A DNA stretch of 63,803 nucleotides, filler included, from Nemertoderma westbladi (lineage: Eukaryota > Animalia > Xenacoelomorpha), in assembly GCA_032718475.1 (NCBI GenBank). It is 3 parts of 3 records of this genome, joined end to end, with 100 filler letters (N's around TTAATTAATTAA, not from the genome) between each part and the next. Parts side by side here need not be neighbours in the genome. Positions count along the whole stretch, not along the records: positions 29,853 to 60,057 come from JAUCBJ010005356.1; positions 60,158 to 63,803 come from JAUCBJ010007837.1; 1 more part is not named here. One strand, written 5' to 3'. This document shows, piece by piece, positions 50,243-62,325 of the stretch. The notes under the pieces are model-generated. The model was not told the DNA's origin. It made no database searches and saw only the letters and a program-made list of their open reading frames with translations. Each line of letters starts with the position of its first letter. Position 1 is the first letter of the stretch. Made by a program: the position numbers and the translations under genes.

Positions 50243-53200
50243 GTGCAAACAAACATGTCTGATACTAAGCAGAACCTGTCAGACAGTTTATTAGATGTAA
50301 CTATCTGTGACTCAGATAGGGCTGTAGAACCGTCTAGACCTAAGTTCAGTTCACCCCCTACTGTGAGGAAGGTCATACCTCCTGTAGTAATATCAGACCC
50401 TAGGCTAATCCAACACCGTAGGTCTATCATAGGCACTCGAGCTCAGGTCAAGCGGGACCAAGAAGCAGCGGAACAACAACAACCCGCGAGCCAAGAACTT
50501 ATTTCTCAACGGCCCGACAGCTCCAGTAGTGAGGATACTGTAGAGCTGACACCCGAGCGCGGGGCAAAGATGATGGATGCGGTTTATTCGGATCCCCTTC
50601 TCATCCTTCCTGCAGCCGTACTCACTAGGTTATTGATTGCGGTGGAAGAACACCAGATCGATTGGGCGAGAAGTAAGCGATCGACTAAAGATAGTTATGC
50701 GGGATACACAAGGGAAGAACTGAAGTCTATTGTCGAGTCGCAATGGAACTTCCCCGGACTCGGACTCCCGTTTGATTTATCAGAAGCTGCCTGGGAAGAC
50801 ATACACCGGATGGGAGTAACCAAGGAAACCATCGATCCAGCTGTGTGGAAGAGGTCCGCAGCCGGATACGCACAGGGATTCTTCAGCTCTATGGAGCGAT
50901 TAAAAGAACAACTGTTTCAACAACCCCAAGGACCTCAAGAGCAGGGACAGCTGCTTTATCAAGTTAGAGAAAGAATTCTACGAATCAGGCTAATATTATC
51001 GGCCTTGGAGGAGGCTTCTAAAAGAAGACAAGACACGTCGTTGCAAGTTGCCGTAAAGACTTGGTTTCAACGGGTGAGTCTCCAGGTTCAAGGAACGGCT
51101 CAGTGGAAAGCTCAGCTGGAGGAGCGCTCAACCCATGGAGAATCCACAGACGCTACCTTTTCCCAAGTGGAAAGTGAAGCGACAGCAGAGAAGCCGCATA
51201 AGAGGGATGCCATTGACATTTATCTGTCAGACTATCAACGTTTTTTAGGTGATGAAGAGTTGAGGAGAAGGCTGGAAGGACTTAGCCCTAATAGTGAAGG
51301 AGCCAAGCTTGTGTTGGATGCAATTGATGTGGATATGAGAGCTGCGAATCAAGCTAAATTTGATGAACAACTCCGCATCACAAGAGTCCAAGAAGAACAA
51401 GTAAGGAAAAAACGTATAGAAGACAGAAAGAAAGCAGCAGTAGCAGCTGCAGAAGCGGAAAGAAAAGCAGCCAAAGAGGAAAGTAAAGCAGCCGAAATGG
51501 AAAGAAAAGTGGCAGCGGCAGAGGCAGAAGCGAAAAGAAAAGCAGCCGAAATGGAAAGAAAAGCGGCAATGGCAGCGGCAGAAGCAGAACGGAGAGCGGC
51601 TGAAGAGATCGCCCAATTAGAATTGGAAAACATTCAGGAGAATCAAGACTGCATAAATAAACAGTTAACAGCTAGTAATATGCAGATGATGAATCGATCT
51701 ACTCCCAAAAGACAGGGATATACATCATCTGAGGAAGGCGATACCACCGATACTGAAGGCAAATTAAATAGATCTCGTCTAAGCAGACGTAGAAGAACAT
51801 CCCACCATCAGAAATTGCCTGATTTGCCTCCAGCTGTTAGAAGGCAACTAAATAACACAAACTTAGGTAGTACAGAACCCACAGACCAAATAATTAAAAT
51901 AGAAAGACTCCCTACTATAGTAGATGAGCCTGAAATAATTAGGCCTGTTCCCGAAGCCACCCTTTCGGTGGTAGAGACACCTGTACTCCCTGAACCTACC
52001 TCTAAATTCCCTCTGCACAGCACCAAGCTACCTGTGCCCAGCAGAACAGCCCATGAGACAGTTCATGCCCTGGACTCCGAGCGAAATATTCATGATTTGT
52101 CGCCCGTTGTCCCTCGTATGCCCGCTACAACATTGGCGACTCCCGCTTCGACGGTCGAATGGGTGGATGAGAGACGGCGGGGGATGGATCTCCTGCTCGG
52201 GCAGATGCAGGAGACCGTTCAGCAATTCAAGGGCACAGTAAGGGAAAGTAGGTTAGAGTTGCAAGAAGTGCAGCAAAGTATCGCGTTAGAACGCGATAAA
52301 TTAGTAAATACTCAAAAGGGTATACCACCACCCCCGGTAACAATGTGTCAACCTGTTAGGTCTGAAGTATCTCATGCGCAAGGTGTGGAGCCTACACGCA
52401 TATATACTGCTAGCGAAGTAGAAACTCCTATAGTGAACCCTATTAAGGGTAATTATAGACCTGTTGATAATGATATTCCCTATAGACCTGATCATAATCC
52501 AAGAAATTTATATACCGATAATTCGATATTAAATAACACGATGGCCCAAGAAAGTTTTACACGTCAAATGGCTAGAACCGAAGCCCGTCAAGCGGTAAAG
52601 GTGGGAGAGATAGTCAAGTTCAATGGAGATGAGATGAAATGGTTACCTTTTAATGAATATTATAAAGATAACATACAGAACTCTGTACTATCTAATGGAG
52701 AGAAACTCAGATTCCTCATTGAGTGCTTGGAAGGATCTCCCAAGTTAATGGCGTTAAAGTTTATTGGACATCCAGACGGATTAAGACAAGTTTGGGATAC
52801 ACTAAACATCAGGTATGGTAATAGGAATTACATAGCTAAATATTTGTATGCAAAATTAGTAGCGCCCCAAAAGTTCATTAGCAGCGGGATAATAGAGTTT
52901 TCCGATGAGATTCAAGAGATCTGTAGACAATTGGATTGGTTAGGTAAGTCTCATGAATATCAGAGTTCTATGGTTATTGGAGCCGTGGCTTCTACTTTAC
53001 CGAAGGGTGGAGTAGGTACACGCTGGGATAAGAAAGTGTTATATATGATGGAACAACAACGACGAGACCCTACCATGGCAGATCTCATGTCATTCTTAGA
53101 TGGCGAAGTGAAATTACAGCTCATAAAGCAGTCCAGAGAGAAGACACCGGAAAACAAGGTAAGTGAGAAACCCGTCTCTAGGAGAAAGGTAACACCAGTG

Positions 53201-54352
53201 TGTTATACAGACGACGGCGAAAGCCAGACTTCTCAAGGAGAGGATAGCGGGAAAGACACTGAAAGATTTTATTATGTCAATAAAATGCCTAAAGATCAGG
53301 TAAGTAAATTCAAGTCTCGAACCAATGACAGGAGAGAACAGGTAAGAAAAACTCCTCCTACGTCTCCCAAGAGAATTCAGGTGAGAAAGCCCGAAGAAAG
53401 AACGAGTGTGCACAATGTTATTCAAAATAAGGTAAGTAACATCAAACCGAAATGTGCGCTATGTGACGGGATCCACCGTTTGAATATGTGTGATGAATTC
53501 CTGAAGAAATCATTAGCGGAGAGACGGGAAGTCATGTGGGATAAGCGGTTGTGTTAAAATTGCCTCAGACAAGGACACCAACGGCGAACCTGTTACTCCG
53601 ACACAAGGTGTGCAAAGTGCGGTGCGAAACATCATATCTTGTTGCACACTGAATTCGAGCGAAATAGTCCGAGTCAGGTAAGTGATTCCGAACTACATGT
53701 CCAATTCAGTGATGTGAACGACACTGATCAATCTGAGATGGAAGGATTCTATACGGACGAGTTCTCCGACGAAAACGAATCCTGTTACATGATAAATACC
53801 GCAGTGTATCGAGCACTCACGTATGAAAAAGATACAGACAGTGACCTCACTCTAACTACTTCTGATCGACAACCATCTTGGAAAGCGCCAACTTCCAATG
53901 TAGGAATCCGAGAATTTCCTGTAGTACAGGTAAGGGTCCACGGACCTAAAAGGAGTTATGTAGTGAACGCCCTCCTTGACTCCGGTAGTACAGGAACATT
54001 CATCGACAAAGAACTAGCCGAAGACATCTTTGCTGGACAACCAAAGTTTCGAACTAAGCTAAACATGTCAGGAATTATGCAGGTTTGGAAATCTACAGTA
54101 ACAGCGGATTATTATGTAGGTGCGTTGTCCACCCCCCAGGATGAACTAGGAGAACATAGTATAAGGTCAGTAAAAATGGTGGCGATAAAAAACTTCGCTA
54201 CCACCCAAGTGGAACCTTATAACTGGGATGAGGACGATTTCACCCAGCAACTGGAAATACCTAGATTCAACACCGATTACCCTGGAGTGCAAATACTCAT
54301 CGGTCAAAACGCGCATGAAGCGCTCGAGACATTGGAAAAACGGCCCGCTTAA
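50243..54352 (+). mobile_element. BEL/Pao gag-protease with one in-frame stop at 53555-53557; truncated before RT
   Basis: KFNGDEMKWLPF..EKLRFL..L..RYG (DUF1759-like); zinc knuckles CALCDGIHRLNMC, C*NCLRQGHQRRTC, CAKCGAKHHILLH; protease NALLDSGS..ILIGQ in the same frame. Confidence 0.9.
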
Positions 54353-54359
54353 CCGCAAC

Positions 54360-56547
54360 CGTTTTCTTGCTGCGCAAACCACTTAGTTCGAAGTTGTAGC
54401 GTAGGCAGATAATGTTTTTCGAAATGGTCAGCGAAACGACGGGATAACAACTGCATAAGTTGCCAAGTCTGCCGGCAGTATTCATCTCCGTCTGCGATTT
54501 CCGATCATGGAAGCATGGCTACAGGTTTCTTCAGTAGGAAGTGCGTGGGTGTTAGCGCTTCTAAGGAATCGGGACTCGATGAGACTGGCATAAGCGGTCT
54601 CTCGTTGAGATAGGCGGCAATTTCTTCCATTAACGTCCGCAAAAGTTCGTCGGTGAGATACGCGCGGCACGGCACTATAAAGTGAAATGCGGTCTTCACG
54701 CTCCGTATTAATCTCTCCCAACTTCCTCCCCACCAAGGGGCATCGGCGGCGTTGAAGGTCGAGCTAGACGCTGTTATCCTTAGCTGGTCGTCCACCTGTC
54801 TTTGGTTCCAATCTTTGACGTAAGCCTTCATTTCATTGTTGGCACCAATGAAGTTCGTTCCCTTATCAGATTTCATCGTGTTACTAGTTCCAAAGCGAGC
54901 GATCTGTCGGCGTAAGCTCAATAGAAAGCTGTTGGTAGATAAATCGTTCACCATATCGAGATGGATAGCTCTACAAGTCATACAAACAAAGATGACACAC
55001 CATCTCTTGACTATAGTTCTAGCACGATATACTTCAATAGGGCCAAATAAATCTACACCGGTATTAGTGAAGGGTGGTTCATAGAAGCTTACCCGTTCCC
55101 TAGGTAATTCTGCCTCTCGCTGTGTTAAAGGCCTACTGAATGCTTTCCTACAGGGTATGCAGTTCCTAAGAACTTGGTTCAGAGCTCTACGGGGTTTATA
55201 AAAATAATAGCGGGTTCGAATTTCGCTAAGAACTCGTTCTCTACCAGCATGATAAAGTTTACTGTGAACATCTACAATCATCTTGATTTGTATTTCAAGA
55301 TTTCTAATGAGTATGGGAAATTTAGTGTCAAAGGATAATGGAGCATTAGTTAGTCTTCCTCCAACGCGTATTAACCCATCTATCATTGTGCTAGAGAAAC
55401 GATCCCTTAAGCGCATCTGTGGATTTCTCAACAACAGGAAATACTTAATCGGAATCCTCATAGCATTGCAGGAGTCTCAGTATCTGTTTATTGCTTTCTT
55501 CATGCTCCTGGTAACTGATCTTCTCCTTTAGAAACCTGTCGGATATCTTGTATTTGGGAAGATCTTTAACAACATGGATCTGCACGGATGTCAATGGAGC
55601 ATTATCACTAGTGGTCTTTGTCCTGGAATAGTGATGATGAAAACATCGCTTTAAATATGTGACGGCCTTACAGAGCCGATTCCAGGAACTATAGTGATGT
55701 ATAGCTCTCTGCAGGAGGGGTGAGAGTCCTTGCGAGACGTCTGGCGTTCCAGTTTTCCAATCTCTTTCTCGAATTTCCACAACAGACTTATTTGTGGCGA
55801 GGAATTGCGGATCCAAAGCATCGTCTCCGGAAATGTGTAGTACCGACAGATCTATCGCAGGTTTAAATAACTTCGATTTACTTGCCCGGGTTTTAGGTTT
55901 GACTTTCTCCGCTCCCTTGGCCTGTCTAATCTCCTCTGTAGTAAGATTAGGAGGCCATTCATCTTCTTCTTTGCTGAGGAAGTCGGGTCCACCTAACCAG
56001 TCTGGAGTATCTATCAGTTCTTGTGGAGTTGCTCCCCTGGAGGCGATATCTGCTGGATTAATCGTTCCGGGGCAATGTCTCCATTGATCTATCTTCGTGC
56101 GACTAAGAATAATAGCTACTCTGTTGGTAACAAAGACGCTGAACTGACAGACTTCATTGGTAAGATACTCCAACACGAGTAAAGCATCGGTCCAATAAAC
56201 AGTTTTCTCTAGTGGATAGTCGATCTGTTCTGTTACATTCCGGCCGATGGCCGTAGCGTATAGAGCCGCTTTTAACTCCGCTCGAGGAACCTTTAACTTG
56301 TTGTTAATCAAGGCCTTAGAGGTAACTAAGGCGACTTTTATTCCTACTGGAGTTTCAACTCTCAGGTAGGCTACTATACCTATTCCCATATCGCTGGCGT
56401 CTCCAAACACATGGAGTTGATAGGAATACGTAGGGAGAACATGACCAAAATAGGAACGGGAAATTATAAAGTTCTCGATGGCTGGTAGAGAATCTTCCCA
56501 TTTCATCCACTTCTTTAATAGTTCTCCCATAAGCGGATCATCCCATG
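54360..56547 (-). mobile_element. BEL/Pao pol 3' half (RNase H, integrase, start of a DUF5641-like region), frameshifted, antisense to the gag
   Basis: WDDPL, LHVFGDAS, PRAELKAA, WTDA, NPADIASRG; IRVGGRL, H..LYHAG, CIPC, GVDLFGP, SDKGTNF, PWWGGSWERL, LNERPL, LTPTHFL, YLPTLQLRTKW. Confidence 0.92.
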
Positions 56548-57763
56548 TGTTCGCGCTTTCAGACCTTTGGCAGTTTAACCCGCCAAATTAAGATGTCTTC
56601 TAGATATTAAATCGCTTTTTAGCCTATGACAAGTATTTGATTCACTACACTAGTCGAAACCAATCCGTGCGCGACCATTCACCCGCTGGATATTCCCGGG
56701 AGATTGGGTTCGACGGTTTAATTTTATTGCTATGTAAGCCTAATGTATTATTCGACTGACAGTATTATATAATCTCTGACAATATTATTCACCTTCGGGA
56801 ATATTAACAGTTCCTTTAGGACGCGGCGCTTTATCTATATAAACAGAGTTATGACTTAAACTACTCACAACGATATGGCTTAATTATAATTCACATATAT
56901 GGCGCATTCTTTAGGAATTGCTTCTTTAACAGACTCACTCATACGCAATGCTGCACAATACTGCACACTAATCTGCCAATCTTCACTGATTTTAATCACA
57001 TATAAAAAGAACACAGACTGACTCATGTAGGGTCTATCAAATAACATTAGATTCACTTCAAACCACTTTAACATAAGTCACAATCGTTATTGGTAACCTT
57101 TCTCTCTTACCTTCGGTATATCAAGAATATTGGGTGTCGGGGTTATTTCTCGTTATTCCAATATAATAATTCATCAACAAATATAATGAATAACCGACAA
57201 CAAATAGCAGTATGCAGTATTCACAGATCAATCGTGCCAGTTTGTTTTGATATTTACAGAGTTTAAAGTCAGTTTGTTGTTTGAATGCGTAATTGCAGTG
57301 ATTCCATGAGAGTTAAAGGATATATGTCCTTATAATTAAACCTACTAGTGTTGAGCTAAAAAGCAGAAAGCACAAAACACTAAAAAGCCGTTCTTTCGTG
57401 GCTTTGAAAAACTCGTGACTACTGCTCTATACGAGGATACCAACTCCCTTATTCCACGAAGCTCCCGTTCAACACAGAGAAAGAGCAGTGAGATAGGAAA
57501 TTTTCAGTTCAGGAGCCTGTGATAGGTCAAAATCAAGGCTAACTCAAATTCTATTGGGAGATACAAAAACAAGGCTATGACGCAACCTCCCTAGGCTTGT
57601 TGGTCGATTAAACAGAGCCCAGATGCCTGCGTACAGCAAATCAGCCAATAAGCTGGTAACTTGCACTATTTTTAGCTGTAGATCACTTTGAGAGTATTCT
57701 TAGCGACTGGGGGGAACTGGCCAACAAGGCAAACGAATCAGTTATCCCACAAAAGCTTTTACA
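56548..57763 (-). mobile_element. 3' LTR of a further element of the family, inserted into the BEL pol
   Basis: TGT..ACA termini. On the - strand it is preceded by purine-rich GGGAGCGG (PPT-like) and interrupts pol at the codons for WDDP. Confidence 0.88.
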
Positions 57764-57841
57764 CCGCTCCCAGAAAATGGGATTTAAGTCTATAAAATAT
57801 ACAAAATCACAGTTTCTAAAATATAAAAATACTCTAAACAG

Positions 57842-59045
57842 TTAGTCTTTCTTGCGCGGACGGCGTTTACGCAGTTTCTTGAGGCTAGCAAGAGTCCTTT
57901 TCTCTTTGGGGCGAGCCACTTTACGAGGTGGGCTGTAGCTCCTAGGCGAAGGGTGCAATATAATTGCATCAGAAGGTGCAGGGTTACGATCGGTATACCC
58001 GCCGGTCGAAGTACCTGGTTGATTAATATCAACCTCAGTGGAGTGAGGTCTAACGGCCTTTAGAGCGCGTCTCAGGACAGCAGCTCCTACGGGTCCTTGA
58101 CGGGTCGTCTGGACACTAGCGGTGGGTGGACCGTGAGTGGTGAGGAACTTTCTCGGTTTAATGGTTCTCTCCAGCTCGCGTTCTCGGGTTCGGTATTCAT
58201 ATGGGCGCCGAGATACTTCCTGGAGTTCAGGATGCGAGTTCACGAAAATGTCGCCATACTCAGGGTCCTGACGGATAAAATTGATCAGGTGATATGTGGT
58301 TATATCATTAGGGTTAACGTTTCTCAGGTATTTCCTGACAAACTTGGTGGAAATACACTCGCCAACACGCTTCATTAACTCGTAACTTGGTACGCGTGTT
58401 TTCTGTTCAATCGACGCGAATAGATAAGGATGGAACGCGTAAACTCCCTCGTAAGCTCGTCCAGGGTAATAGCGATGTCGGGATTCGCAATTCGCATCCA
58501 GCGCTACTCAGTTTCTCCGCAGCTGAGTCTCTAAGACTGAGCTTGGTCAGCGCGCGATCTTTGAACTGACTATCGACGTTACGGAACGGAGTCAGAAAGC
58601 GCCGGAAACATTCGAAACGTATGAACTTATTGTGTTCGTCTAACTTGGCGAATTTAGTTCCAAGTATTAACGGGTGAGCGCGTATGGTACGACTGCACAC
58701 ATCGGCTAGCCAACCGGCAAGTGCTGCGTTTTCAAAGATCGTGTATATAGCTAAGGAAGGGCGAAGGGGAACACTCATAAAGCTATATACGGCACCAGGC
58801 GCAGTTAATGGTCCATCAAAATATAAACGGGAGTAATGATCTCCATATACTTGCTGGTAATTTATAGGATTTCCAACTTTGAAATTCCAACCATATTCTT
58901 GAAAGGCAAGATGTCCGATGGATGTCCGTTGTACTTTAGTAATGCTGCTGGGTGTATTGGCATACATAGTGCGAAAGAAACCTCGGCCTTCGGCCCAAGG
59001 AGCAATCAGCTGAGTATCAACGAAAGGGTATGGAATGTTCTCCAT
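57842..59045 (-). CDS. Unknown accessory ORF(s) immediately upstream of the 3' LTR; probably one ~400-aa frameshifted ORF with a basic tail
   Basis: The 212-aa and 177-aa ORFs overlap once the second frame is extended (open to 58507). C-terminus SPRSYSPPRKVARPKEKRTLASLKKLRKRRPRKKD. No recognised retroelement motif. Confidence 0.55.
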
Positions 59046-59404
59046 ATTCCTGTTGTATGCCTAATATGTCTTCCATTGATGGTAGAGAGCAGGGGAAGAC
59101 CTATGTCGTATTCAGAAGTATTCCGAAATACGATCTCAGTAGGAGGATTGTTACATTCGAGGACTATTTCCAACTGAATTTATCCCCAGTGCGATGAGGT
59201 AAACACCAGTTCAAAGATATGTTTGACTCAGTGGTTCTACATAAGATTTATATCCCCAATCATTAAGGGAGGTGAACAACCAGATTTATGACACATAATG
59301 GTACCAGTTGTTCACAAACTATCCGCGTGTCCTTTCAGTCCTTGTTTCACGGTTGTGGACTTGAGGAAATTAGGAAGTGGTTGATTATCTAATCAAGAAC
59401 GAGA

Positions 59405-59585
59405 GGGTGGAAGTTGATATCATAAATATCAACAGAATATGACATGGACAGGAGGTGCGGACACCAATATTAGCATACAAATAAACAGTAAGGGGGTGGA
59501 GGTTGATATCATAAATATCAACAGAATATGACATGGACAGGAGGTGCGGACACCAATATTAGCATCCAGATGAACAGTAAGGGAT
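59405..59585. repeat. 89-bp tandem duplication
   Basis: GGGTGGA.GTTGATATCATAAATATCAACAGAATATGACATGGACAGGAGGTGCGGACACC at 59405 and 59494. Confidence 0.9.
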
Positions 59586-60057
59586 GGGAGGTTTAGTATT
59601 CGTTTCCCGAAGCTCCGAGCACGTTGGGAAAAGAAGGTGGGATGAAATATTAGGATGAGGTAGGATCCATACCACGATACCACTATGATTGGTCGATTGA
59701 TGAAGGGAGTAAAGAGGAGGAAGGATATAGGGTAGTATCCATAAGACACCACAATGGACAAGTTTTCCATCACGTCATCATTCATTCTTGTCTTTTAATT
59801 GTGACACTGATCACAATAATTACAGGAAAACGATGAAGGAAGAGAAATTTACAGCCTCCCGAAGGAGACCGCCCGCGAGCACCCGTGCCCCGGGGAAAAC
59901 TATTCACATTATGGACACTATACATTAACATATGTCTCTTCTCCAGTGATTCGCCTATATTTGTCTTTACAAGCCTTCTTCCACGTTCTTTCTTTCGAGC
60001 TGATTTCGAATAGAGTTCTCGTGTTCTATTCTCGATTTATCGTTTCGACTCCGCTGG

Positions 60058-60157
60058 NNNNNNNNNNNNNNNNNNNNNNNNNNNNNNNNNNNNNNNNNNN
60101 NTTAATTAATTAANNNNNNNNNNNNNNNNNNNNNNNNNNNNNNNNNNNNNNNNNNNN
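60058..60157. other. Scaffold gap with an artificial linker
   Basis: N-run with TTAATTAATTAA. Confidence 0.95.
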
Positions 60158-60736
60158 TAAAAACAATATGATTAATGCAATTAAATTAAGTGAGCATGTT
60201 AATTAGTGATTTATTGAGTTTCATTAGTTCGTTAAGTTAGATTAGGTAACAGTTTATACTTTCGATAATTCAAGCAGTTTACTAGAGTTCTTACCAAAAG
60301 GCCGGTGTTTCTGGCTTAGACAGCAATAACAACAAAGTATCAAGAAAAAACAGTAAGACTGAACACTCTCCTTATGATCGACTAAAAGCTACACGTCGAC
60401 AGGAAAAATCGCTCTGATTGGCTCAAGCCAAACAAAGAACCATGCATCTAATGGCTGTTTCCATGTCAGCAACCAGCTGTTAGATGTCGTAATATGAATC
60501 ATCACGGCTAAGCTGTGAAAGGTAGTTGGTGCATTGCAGGTTTTTTGCCTTACCATGTCCACTAAAACACGTATATAACAGAATTATTTTTATGTCCGTT
60601 AAAACACCTGTAAAGGTACCTTGCGAGCGAGGGGAATATATATACAGTTAGAAAACCTTTTTAGAGTATTCCAGCGCCTGGGGGGGAACTGGCCAGCAAA
60701 GGCAAACGTATCAGTTATCCCACAAAAGCTTTTACA
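60158..60736 (-). mobile_element. Partial LTR (U3 end) of the same family, inserted in a hAT element
   Basis: Ends GGGGGGAACTGGCCA..TCAGTTATCCCACAAAAGCTTTTACA, as at 57700-57763. Confidence 0.8.
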
Positions 60737-62006
60737 TTGTGTATAGCAGGGAACCCAAGGAGCTTCGAACGTTTCACCGCTGACGAAAACTCAAGCTGAC
60801 TCTCGATGGGGTCCCAAGGCAGAGGGCACTTTAATCCACCACTTTAATTGGATCATCGAGGTCTGCTTCATAGCGGCATGCAGCAGCTTGAATTCTTCCA
60901 ATGGCACCACTCTCTCTGAAACTTGGAACCAGGAGGCTGCGTTCCCTTATCAAAGCGAGTATCCAGCACTGCCACCACATAGTCGACATAGGGAAGGAAG
61001 ATAGACGGTCGATAATAACCCTCCGTGCAATCAGCCTGGATGTTGGAACGATGAACCTGACGTCCAATTGTTTTGCTTATATAGGTGGCATTTCGAGTTG
61101 AGCGATTAATCATTGTACGGAGGTCCTTATCAGCAGCATCCAATCTGAACCGTAGTAAACCCCTAAAAACACCCTCACCTGCAACGTGGTTAGTTCCACA
61201 ATCAACGAGTGGCCCATCATCGCGATGTCCCCTTAGGGGGAGCATGTTTCGGCCACAAAATATTACGGTTTTAATGATGGGCTCCAGAATTTTGCGGTTC
61301 TCTTCCATTTCCATTCTTCTTTGCTCATCAAGCAAATTTGCAACGCTCTGAGATGGCTGTTCGGCGACTTGTTGGAACGATTTCATTCGAAGCATTGAAT
61401 CTAAATGGTAGTTTAGGGTCTGGTGCTCACGAAAGATGTTTATTGCTTTCTTGAACTTATCAAGCGGTTTGGTGACCAGCGTTCCAAGAGCCTGCTTTCC
61501 CCTACCACCTTCCTTCTGACCAAAGAGAACACACGCGATACAAAATGCTCCACCTTTGGCCTCGCTATAACGGATCCACCGAAATTGGCCGAACCAGGAG
61601 TACTGAAAACTCCGTCGTTGATTTCCTTCAAGGATGACAGGGTACTTTGTCGTTTTCGGTGGTAACGGCTGGCGAAGTATGCGGTGACGAATGTTATCTG
61701 ATATGGGGTGGTCCATTATGCTGCCGATGTCGTCACAACCTATACATTCTCCGTGGTCCATTGTCACGTCCCCACCTTCAGGGATAATGGATTCCATTGG
61801 AGTCTCCATTTCCAAAGCAAATGGTTAAATTGATCGTTCAGGATAGGAAACGGAACCAGAAAAGAAATCAGTAATTTTAATCTTCTTTACAGTCCGATGC
61901 TGATCATCCATAATGCAATAAAACTTATCGTATCGTAAGTTTTTACTTATCGCATGGGGGGGGGGGGGCTAGAGCCCCCTCAGCCCCCTCTCTGGATCCG
62001 CGCCTG
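60737..62006 (-). mobile_element. Internally deleted hAT transposon (ZMYM1/THAP12-P52rIPK-like transposase: TTF-type zinc finger plus DUF4371-like region)
   Basis: RSFQYSWF..WIRYS..GAFCIACVLF..H....YH, LPLRGHRD, YISKTI, fused to YYRPSIFLPYVD. 5' terminus CAGGCGCGGATCCAG at 62006. Confidence 0.85.
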
Positions 62007-62230
62007 AGTTGTTTACTTGAGTACCGCAGCTCCTACACTCCTGCTCAGTGCAGATTGTAGTGCCTAGGCAGAGAGCTACGCCAATTCGTAGTTGGTCATC
62101 CGCGAGGCGGAGTCCAAGAGAAGATATTGGAAGGGCGTTTACCCAGTTTCCAGAGTGATCTGCCCTGGCGGCTAACAGAAGTGCCTTGCTGAGGGGGGTG
62201 GTAGTTGCTGCAATTAGTTCCTCAACCCGA
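62007..62230 (-). mobile_element. CRE-like (RLE-type) non-LTR retrotransposon fragment
   Basis: HSGNWVNALPISSLGLRLADDQLRIGVALCLG..C..CRSCG, the segment preceding the CCHC/RLE domain. Confidence 0.65.
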
Positions 62231-62325
62231 ATGACGTTAAGGGGTGGTCCCATGCGTTCTGTACAGTGAACTTCTTTCTGTGAACTTGTTCCTGGGGGGA
62301 GACATTCCTGTAATAGCAGTAAAAC

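Noticed and set aside
53555-53557. Programmed stop-codon readthrough between gag and pro
   Set aside because: The TAA lies inside a zinc knuckle (C*NC), which fits a nonsense mutation better.
56548-60736. A single complete short LTR element bounded by LTRs at 56548 and 60736
   Set aside because: Flanks do not form a TSD (CCATG versus TTGTG), the U3 regions differ, and a gap intervenes.
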